This document shows positions 36,605 to 43,397 of a DNA stretch of 64,000 nucleotides, piece after piece. This DNA is from Paludibacteraceae bacterium (GTDB lineage Bacteria > Bacteroidota > Bacteroidia > Bacteroidales > Paludibacteraceae). Position numbers and translations under genes: made by a program. The stretch lies in the NCBI GenBank assembly GCA_036307765.1, contig JAXJWX010000091.1, forward strand, positions 10,472-74,471, written 5' to 3'. The notes beneath the pieces are model-generated. The model saw only the letters and a program-made list of their open reading frames with translations. It did not search any database and had not been told where the DNA came from. Every line of letters starts with the position of its first letter. Position 1 is the first letter of the stretch.

Positions 36605-37804
36605 TCAACAGTTCGAGTTTTGTCGGGTATAGTTAAATATTACATGCTGCCATTGATTAGTCTCTGATTTACTAGCTTCAATCATAGTATACCCATTCTC
36701 ACAAAGTTTGTTTATAACATAATTTATTTTTTTCTGAACACTATCAATTGACTTATATAATTGACCTATTGGGCTGTGCGGATGTAATGTACAGGGGAAT
36801 AAATTAATTTGTTGGAAACGAAGTGAGATTAAGTGTTTTAAAGTTTCATCTATATCGTTCTGTTTTTCTGTTGGATACCCAATTATTATATGTGTCGTTA
36901 AATACAAATTATTGTTATACTCTTTTATTTTTTTTATAAATTCAATAAACTCCACAACATTTAAATTTCGATTCATATCTCGAAGAATGTTGCTGCTAAA
37001 TGATTGTATTGGAATTGTTATTTTAAATAGTAAATTTGAATGATTTTTTATAAAATTATAAAATTCATTTCTATAACCTAATATCCACTTTGGATTAATT
37101 TCGAAATCAACACCCTTAATTTGAGTGTACGAACATATTTGTTCTAACAACTTAACAATGGTTAATTGACAGTCTATTCCATAGCCACCTCCGTCATCAG
37201 CGACTAATCTTATGTATGAAAAGTTTTGTTTTAAGGCTTTCTTTAGTTCTTCTATTATTGTACTAATAGCTTTGCTTTTATGGTGACCTATAACTTTTTT
37301 TATGGCACAATATGAACAATTACCATAACAACCCTTTGATATTCTTATTAAAAAGATATCACTCTTAAATATAGTATCATAATAAATATCATTTCCATCT
37401 TGTATATATTTAAGTTGCAGTTTGCAGGGGGGAAAATACATTTCTATGTCTTGCAATGCCTCATTGTTAATCACAACTACATTTTTGCTTAAGTTCAAGT
37501 TGTGCATTCCTATAATAGGAAAACAACCAAACACGAAAACATAATTGTAGTTTTCTTGAAAAAAATATAATTTTCGACAAGAGTCCCAGGACATTTCTTC
37601 AGAAAAAGAACAAGTAAAAAAGAATATTATATTGGCATCATGGGGGTTGTCAACAATTGTATATCCATTTTTTTGTAAATATTTTTTCACCCAAAAAGAA
37701 TCTAGCTCCCTTCTTTTACATGCATTACAACATATATAAATTCGTGCAGGATCCATAAGAAAATAATAGTTAGATTCTTTTTTATTAATAGGAATTATAT
37801 CCAT
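36605..37804 (-). CDS. Radical SAM enzyme with a MiaB/RimO-type (UPF0004) N-terminal methylthiotransferase domain
   Basis: 399 aa. The N-terminal three-Cys pattern IYICCNAC...ANIIFFFTCSF...VFGCFP aligns with MiaB GCQMN...NTC...GC. The core motif is GCYGNCSYC. Confidence 0.7.
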   Translation of the reverse strand: MDIIPINKKESNYYFLMDPARIYICCNACKRRELDSFWVKKYLQKNGYTIVDNPHDANIIFFFTCSFSEEMSWDSCRKLYFFQENYNYVFVFGCFPIIGMHNLNLSKNVVVINNEALQDIEMYFPPCKLQLKYIQDGNDIYYDTIFKSDIFLIRISKGCYGNCSYCAIKKVIGHHKSKAISTIIEELKKALKQNFSYIRLVADDGGGYGIDCQLTIVKLLEQICSYTQIKGVDFEINPKWILGYRNEFYNFIKNHSNLLFKITIPIQSFSSNILRDMNRNLNVVEFIEFIKKIKEYNNNLYLTTHIIIGYPTEKQNDIDETLKHLISLRFQQINLFPCTLHPHSPIGQLYKSIDSVQKKINYVINKLCENGYTMIEASKSETNQWQHVIFNYTRQNSNC

Positions 37805-37853
37805 GAAAAGTAAACAATGATTTGCTATATTCTTATCTCATTTTATGGTAAAC

Positions 37854-37915
37854 TAACATGAGTTCGATATAAAGACCACCTATTTCAGCTGCTGTTTATA
37901 TTCGAACTCATGTTA
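37854..37915 (-). promoter_or_regulatory. 20-bp inverted repeat between the peptide gene and the first rSAM gene (attenuator or processing hairpin)
   Basis: taacatgagttcgatataaa (37854-37873) pairs with tttatattcgaactcatgtta (37895-37915), with one bulge. Confidence 0.5.
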
Positions 37916-37939
37916 ATTAAGTATTACGCATAGACTCAC

Positions 37940-38014
37940 TTATTGACAACACATCATAGATTCTAAAGTTTGTTGTGCAGATTTTTTAATTTCTGGTTTT
38001 TTCCATGTTTTCAT
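37940..38014 (-). CDS. 24-aa candidate precursor peptide MKTWKKPEIKKSAQQTLESMMCCQ
   Basis: My own translation of ATG 38012-38014 to TAA 37940-37942, preceded by aaaggaaatttgt. It is below the ORF-track size cutoff. It has a WKKP leader like PqqA and lies 135 nt upstream of the rSAM genes on the same strand. Confidence 0.55.
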   Translation of the reverse strand: MKTWKKPEIKKSAQQTLESMMCCQ

Positions 38015-38100
38015 ACAAATTTCCTTTCGTTGAAAATAATACAGTTACTAATTTAGATTGCGCCAGTATATTGAAAAGAGCAACTTATAAAAATAGAATG

Positions 38101-38235
38101 TTATCTATTTTTCTCCGCTTGCTCGGCTTCATATTGACATTTAGGAGAACAATAGGTTCTTCGACTTCCTAACCAAATTCTACCTTGTCCTTTTCCAATT
38201 ACAGGATCTCCACACCATGCGCATGTGGCAACCAT
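38101..38235 (-). CDS. 44-aa zinc-ribbon mini-protein (CAWC...CSPKC)
   Basis: My own translation: MVATCAWCGDPVIGKGQGRIWLGSRRTYCSPKCQYEAEQAEKNR. It is below the ORF-track cutoff. Confidence 0.35.
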   Translation of the reverse strand: MVATCAWCGDPVIGKGQGRIWLGSRRTYCSPKCQYEAEQAEKNR

Positions 38236-38386
38236 TCCAGCGTCATTTAATGGCTCTTTTACAAAAAACTCATAATCAAAATTTTAAATATTACGTCGGT
38301 TCTTATACTTTTATTTTATGTTGGCATGTAATCTGAACCGATTTAAGATCACATGCTGTTATACTTACATTTTACTCACCAAAATA

Positions 38387-38647
38387 CTATTCTTTATCAG
38401 GCCAATAGGTTTGCTGAACAATATCAGTTTTTCCACTTGAATCTGATTTAACGGTTCTTCCGTCATCTTCATTAATGATGTAATGTATGTGACTTCCCCC
38501 ATCTCTTTTATCTTCATCTTGTCTCGTAGAGCAATAATCGTTACCACTTTTGAAAGATTGATAACTGGAATCTTCCCACTCTCTTCTATCTTTTGAAGCT
38601 TCGGTTGGAGTAGCGTAATCTTGAATATGATTATGTTTATTACTCAT
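38387..38647 (-). CDS. Hypothetical small hydrophilic protein
   Basis: An 86-aa ORF rich in D/E/K/S, with no recognisable motif. Confidence 0.35.
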   Translation of the reverse strand: MSNKHNHIQDYATPTEASKDRREWEDSSYQSFKSGNDYCSTRQDEDKRDGGSHIHYIINEDDGRTVKSDSSGKTDIVQQTYWPDKE

Positions 38648-38748
38648 AACTAATACTGCCAGTTATATACCGTCGGCTCGTCGGTTTTTAAGATAAACAT
38701 CAATAAAAGTGTACTACTCACACATTGCAGTGTGACATTATTCAGAAA

Positions 38749-38859
38749 TTATCTTTGACGTTCACGCACATTCTGACAGATAGGACAAAGTCCCATTCCA
38801 TTTTGAAGGATTTCGAGTGGCCAAGATTTGCCACAACCTTTGCATGTTCCCATTTCCAT
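38749..38859 (-). CDS. 36-aa zinc-ribbon mini-protein (CKGC...CPIC)
   Basis: My own translation: MEMGTCKGCGKSWPLEILQNGMGLCPICQNVRERQR. Confidence 0.35.
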   Translation of the reverse strand: MEMGTCKGCGKSWPLEILQNGMGLCPICQNVRERQR

Positions 38860-39099
38860 AATTATTAGATTTTATTTCCTACTCTTACAGCTTCGTAGGT
38901 CCTGCTTGGATACAACACAAAAAAGCGGGACTGCACTATTACTGCTCCGCCATCCGAGGTTCTAGCATGACCTTCTATTCCAAAGAAAATTTATGCTAGA
39001 TTAAACGGATGACCAAAAGTAAAGAGCGTTTAAACGCCTTTTATGTCTGTGTCCCTCACCTAAAAATGTTCAAACATCCCCAGCGTGAGATTCACCGTG

Positions 39100-39107
39100 C
39101 AAAGGTA
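39100..39107 (-). promoter_or_regulatory. -7 box (TACCTTTG on the minus strand) at the head of the AT-rich gene train
   Basis: caaaggta lies ~240 nt upstream of the first small ORF. A structured leader lies between them. Confidence 0.4.
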
Positions 39108-39165
39108 CAACAAAATTTTGAATAATCCAAATATTCGCTATATTATTGCAAAAAATATTTTTATC

Positions 39166-39182
39166 GGAGTTTTTGCAACTCC
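39166..39182 (-). terminator. Terminator hairpin after the AAA+ ATPase gene
   Basis: ggagtt/aactcc form a 6-bp stem, followed on the minus strand by an A/U-rich run ending in UUUUUU. Confidence 0.4.
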
Positions 39183-39218
39183 TAAGTGTACATTTAAAAA
39201 TGTTTGACTTCAACCTAT

Positions 39219-40640
39219 TTAATACTCAAATAAATCATCCATAGTTATTACTTTTTGGATAGAACTTGAATATGTATTTGGGGTTAAGCCATACGGACTA
39301 ATATATGTGGCTTGAATACCGAATCTAATTCCCGTTTGATTAACAAAAGCCGCTTGGCGAGTACGGAACTTCAAGTCAGCATCTTTAGTAATCGTATATG
39401 GCAAATTGCTATATTTGATTTCACATAGATTGATTATTCTATCGGCACGCTCTATGAGCAGGTCTATTTGTGCTTTTTGTTCTTTGTCAGTACTGCGCCA
39501 TGAATAATATTCAGTTCCTATTTGATCGATACCAATGGCTTTTTTAATTTGAAGGATATGCGACATACAAACACGCTCAAATGCCAATCCAAAGAAAGTA
39601 TTTGTTTTCGGTGAAAGCAAATTATGACTCCAATAGTGTTCATCATTGGATGGCGTATCTAAATAGGTATGATAGAATTGCACAAACGAATCAGACAATA
39701 CATAATATCCACCTGTCTTGTTGATTTTTTTCAAACGTACCCTATGGTAACAAATGAAATCACATTTTTCGAGATTATCCAACAACTTGGTCAATCCGCC
39801 TCCGTCCGATTTCCCCAAATGTTCCGCCAATTCATCACGCGTTAATCCGTAGCGATGATTCGCTAAAGCTCCAACAATCGTCATATATGGTTCTGGATTG
39901 GTAAAAAGCGAAGAAAATAATCGATAGTATTCTTCACAAAGTTCACCTTGAGCAGTAAAGAGCAGTCTATCAATAGCTTCCGCCACACTTTCGGATGACT
40001 TAATAAGGCTCAAATAGTATGGTACACCTCCGAAGACCATATATGCTTGCATGATGGACTGTCTATCCCATACCATACCACGCGCTTGAAAATACTCTTC
40101 GCATTGTGCTAAGTTGAATGGGTGAAGATGCATAGTATGGGTGATTCGATTATGCAATCCACCATGGTTATTGACTATATTATCTACCATCCATGAAGTT
40201 GCAGAACCACAGACGATGAGTATTAGATTATTATGTTTTGATACCCAACTATTCCAAAAATGACCTAATGCAACCACAAAACGAGTACTACGCACGTCTA
40301 AGCATGGCAACTCATCAATAAAAATCACTTGACGCTGATCTTCCTTTATTTTGGGGGTAAGCGTTTGCTCCAAAGCAAAGAAAGCATCCATCCATGTGTT
40401 AGCATACAAACCAGTATAACCAATCTTGCGAAGCGAATGATTGAATGCGGCAAATTGATCTTCCGAACTACCATGAATAATACCAGAAGTCTCAAAGACA
40501 ATCATATCAGCAAAAATATTGCTGATTAAAAATGTTTTTCCAACACGGCGACGACCATACATGGCTATAAATTCCGCTTGCTGCGAGTCCACATAACTTT
40601 GTAAAAGAGCCTTCTCATTCGTTCTTCCTATCAGTTGCAT
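39219..40640 (-). CDS. Orphan AAA+ ATP-binding protein (Arch_ATPase-like N-terminus, DUF234-like C-terminus)
   Basis: 473 aa with Walker A GRRRVGKTF and Walker B VIFIDELP. Confidence 0.6.
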   Translation of the reverse strand: MQLIGRTNEKALLQSYVDSQQAEFIAMYGRRRVGKTFLISNIFADMIVFETSGIIHGSSEDQFAAFNHSLRKIGYTGLYANTWMDAFFALEQTLTPKIKEDQRQVIFIDELPCLDVRSTRFVVALGHFWNSWVSKHNNLILIVCGSATSWMVDNIVNNHGGLHNRITHTMHLHPFNLAQCEEYFQARGMVWDRQSIMQAYMVFGGVPYYLSLIKSSESVAEAIDRLLFTAQGELCEEYYRLFSSLFTNPEPYMTIVGALANHRYGLTRDELAEHLGKSDGGGLTKLLDNLEKCDFICYHRVRLKKINKTGGYYVLSDSFVQFYHTYLDTPSNDEHYWSHNLLSPKTNTFFGLAFERVCMSHILQIKKAIGIDQIGTEYYSWRSTDKEQKAQIDLLIERADRIINLCEIKYSNLPYTITKDADLKFRTRQAAFVNQTGIRFGIQATYISPYGLTPNTYSSSIQKVITMDDLFEY

Positions 40641-40666
40641 AACGATATATTGTTTAAAATTCGCTG

Positions 40667-40674
40667 CAAAGGTA
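40667..40674 (-). promoter_or_regulatory. -7 box (TACCTTTG on the minus strand)
   Basis: caaaggta lies 27 nt upstream of ATG 40640. Confidence 0.5.
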
Positions 40675-40698
40675 CAATAATTCTATGAGATTTGCAAG

Positions 40699-40794
40699 AG
40701 TTCGGTCGCGAAATTGATATTTTTTTGCTTAATTTCGCCACTAAAGTAGATAGTTCGGTGGCGAAATTGGTGAATTTTTGTTCAATTTCGCTAC
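40699..40794. repeat. Two 43-bp direct repeats, each holding the inverted repeat gcgaaatt...aatttcgc
   Basis: Units lie at 40699-40741 and 40752-40794, just upstream of the ATPase promoter. Confidence 0.85.
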
Positions 40795-41903
40795 GGGTTC
40801 CTAAAATACTTGGAGAAAGTGTCGTGTTTGATATGGGTATTGAAGGTCTTGTTGATTACGGCAATGAAATGCGTATGCGGACGGATGTCGGCAAGCAGTT
40901 CTTTTCGGCTTTGCATTTTCCTTACCACCCTTGCCAGCTCTGCTGCTGGGGTGGTGGGGTGCGTGGCTGCCTCGCGTAACTGGCGCGTGATGAGATGGCG
41001 TGAGTTACCAACCACTTGCGGATTATAGAACTGGCTCAACTCAGTGGAACGAGGTCTGCTTTTGGTTTTGGTTTGGTCGATGATATACTGCTGAAACTCC
41101 GACAGATAGCGCGCATAATCGCGGTATTGCTTGTCAGTGAGATACGGTTTCAGACCTTGCAGAGCTATAGCCGCCTCTTCTTGCGTTTGCTGAAGCAGAC
41201 GCGTCATGAAGTAGCGCTTTTGCGGTTGGTGGGATTGATAGAACCTTCGGTTATCCGCATCCCATTCAGCTTTCGCGTTTGCGACAAAAGCGGCATAGAG
41301 GGTATATACATCGGGAATATCCATTTGCACATGCTTGAGCATGATAGCCGATGGCGATTGCAGCCAGCCAATCATGCTATCCACCCAAGTCATAGGATGG
41401 GTGATGGTATCCTGACGGATATAACTGTCCATCGTGGTACAAGCAGCATAGGTCAGCAGTTGGGCAGGAAAACCATAGAGCAACACTTCGGGTTCTGGAT
41501 TAGCAGAATCTAACAGCCCCAACGCCTCGTTAAGCTTATAGATATAGCGCTGTTCATCTATATGGATTTCCATATCCGTAGTCAGCTTGTCGCTGTCGGA
41601 TAGTGGCGCTATCTGCTCTTTTACTCGCCATTGCAAGTAGCATAGTCCTGCGTCTGCCAAATCATCGTATGAGGGAGATTCGCAAAGAAAGTCGTCTTCG
41701 ACAAAGTCGCACCACCATTGTAGTTCCTGTTGCAAGGCGATTATTGGGTTCATGCGGGCATATTGCTGCGCGTGGTAGTCATGCATATCCGCCTCTAAGC
41801 AACGAATATCCCAAGCATCGCCTAACTGTAATAAGTAGGCGATGAAACCTGTAACGGGAATATCCGCTGTGGGCAAATGGTAGAGATAGGTGATGTCGAG
41901 CAT
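40791..41903 (-). CDS. Hypothetical protein, translationally coupled to the alkaline phosphatase gene
   Basis: I chose ATG 41901-41903 (MLDITYLY...) as the start because it forms a TAATG overlap with the upstream stop. The longer track ORF would overlap phoA by 52 nt. Confidence 0.5.
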   Translation of the reverse strand: MLDITYLYHLPTADIPVTGFIAYLLQLGDAWDIRCLEADMHDYHAQQYARMNPIIALQQELQWWCDFVEDDFLCESPSYDDLADAGLCYLQWRVKEQIAPLSDSDKLTTDMEIHIDEQRYIYKLNEALGLLDSANPEPEVLLYGFPAQLLTYAACTTMDSYIRQDTITHPMTWVDSMIGWLQSPSAIMLKHVQMDIPDVYTLYAAFVANAKAEWDADNRRFYQSHQPQKRYFMTRLLQQTQEEAAIALQGLKPYLTDKQYRDYARYLSEFQQYIIDQTKTKSRPRSTELSQFYNPQVVGNSRHLITRQLREAATHPTTPAAELARVVRKMQSRKELLADIRPHTHFIAVINKTFNTHIKHDTFSKYFRNP

Positions 41904-43288
41904 TAGCGTGTAGCCTGGTAGATACGTGGAGCTATCTCGCTGTTGTCCATCCAACCTGTGAAGCGTTCAGCTCCTACGCCTACAGCGAAGACAGGCACTG
42001 CTGTGGCTGAATGGCTATGCGTGGTCCAACCCAAGCCCGCTTTGTGGTTCACCAGTTCTTTGGCTTTCGCCGCCAAAGCGTTGATGTCAGCATAGAGCGT
42101 CTTGAGCGACTCTTGCTGGCGCATCATATTACTAAAAGCCTCCTGCAAAACTGCCTCTTCTTCAGCTGTCACCGACAAGTCGCCAAACAAACCTGTGTTC
42201 GCTGCCAAGAACGCCTTCACCTGCTCCCATGTGAGTTGCTCTGCATATTGCTGACACAAAGCCGTGAGGCGAGCAGAAAGGGTGTCCGATGAACACTTCT
42301 GGTGCGCCAAGCGCTCCAAACGCAATGGTTGGTTATTGCCGAGTGCCATACCACCCGTCTCGTGGTCGGCAGTCACTACGATAAGTGTCTCGTCGGGGTG
42401 TTGCTCATAGAAACGGTATGCCACCTGTATCGCGCGGTCGAAATCCAAGACCTCTTGGATATTCGTTGCCCCATCGTTGCCGTGACCTGCATAATCAATC
42501 TTGCCGCCCTCAGCCATCATGAAGAAACGGTCGTGCATGGAGAGATGCTGGATAGCGATATCCACAATCTGCGCCAAGTTGAGGTCGCCCTCTTGCTGGT
42601 CAATGGCATATGGCAATGCCTCTGCGCCCTTGTTTGGATTATCCAGATTAACTTGTGGCACGAGTAGCATTTTCTTTTTCTTCAGGTTCTTTTGCGCATC
42701 GGCATAGCTGCCCACGAGGGTATAACCATGCTGCTTGCAGAGGTCATAGAGGTTAGGCGCCGCAGCATCGTCTTTATTCACAGGGCGTTGGAAACCGCCA
42801 CCACCAAAGAAATCGAAGTTCGACTCCGCGAGGTGGGTGCCAATGAGGTAGTAGTTACTACGCTTCTCAGCATGCGCGTAATGCGAAGCAGGGGTAGCAT
42901 GATCCACAGGCACGGTGGACATGATACCAATACCCCACCCCTCTTTCTTCAGGTTGGATGCCACGCTATAGGCGGGTGCACCGTCAGGCGTTTGGCCGAT
43001 CATACCGTTGTTGGTCTTCTTGCCCGAAGCGAGGCAAGTGCCTGCCGCAGCGGAGTCGGTGATACCATCCGAAGCGGAGAAAGTGGCAGCTTGACCCGAA
43101 TAAGGGAACTGGGTCATGAGCAGCTGTACACGACCGTTCTCGCCCTGGAGGGCTGCCTGGTACATCTCGGCGGTGAGCACTTGGTTAGGTCCCATGCCAT
43201 CGCCAATGAAGAAGAATACATACTTGGCCTGAGCCATTATCGCTACTGCCAAACACAGTAGCCATGCGGAAAGAAGAAGACGTTTCAT
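41903..43288 (-). CDS. Alkaline phosphatase (PhoA family), secreted
   Basis: 461 aa with a signal peptide, FFIGDGMG, the active-site sequence ITDSAAAGT, and ADHETGG. Confidence 0.85.
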   Translation of the reverse strand: MKRLLLSAWLLCLAVAIMAQAKYVFFFIGDGMGPNQVLTAEMYQAALQGENGRVQLLMTQFPYSGQAATFSASDGITDSAAAGTCLASGKKTNNGMIGQTPDGAPAYSVASNLKKEGWGIGIMSTVPVDHATPASHYAHAEKRSNYYLIGTHLAESNFDFFGGGGFQRPVNKDDAAAPNLYDLCKQHGYTLVGSYADAQKNLKKKKMLLVPQVNLDNPNKGAEALPYAIDQQEGDLNLAQIVDIAIQHLSMHDRFFMMAEGGKIDYAGHGNDGATNIQEVLDFDRAIQVAYRFYEQHPDETLIVVTADHETGGMALGNNQPLRLERLAHQKCSSDTLSARLTALCQQYAEQLTWEQVKAFLAANTGLFGDLSVTAEEEAVLQEAFSNMMRQQESLKTLYADINALAAKAKELVNHKAGLGWTTHSHSATAVPVFAVGVGAERFTGWMDNSEIAPRIYQATR

Positions 43289-43301
43289 ATTTTCTGTTTT
43301 A

Positions 43302-43392
43302 AAGGTTAAAGGCTAAAGGCTAGAGGTTAAAGGCTGGTATTATGCAGCAAAGCCGCTATTTTTTGGCCTTTCGCCTAATCGCCTCTCGCCTT
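43302..43392. repeat. Intergenic modular repeat, family A, copy 3
   Basis: aggttaaaggctaaaggctagaggttaaaggc, then the core tatgcagcaaagccgcta, then gcctttcgcctaatcgcctctcgcc. Confidence 0.85.
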
Positions 43393-43397
43393 TTTTC

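Noticed and set aside
39025-39045. GGUGAGGGAC in the leader resembling part of the SAM-I riboswitch core
   Set aside because: Only ~10 nt are similar. The other conserved SAM-I helices and junction nucleotides are not present.
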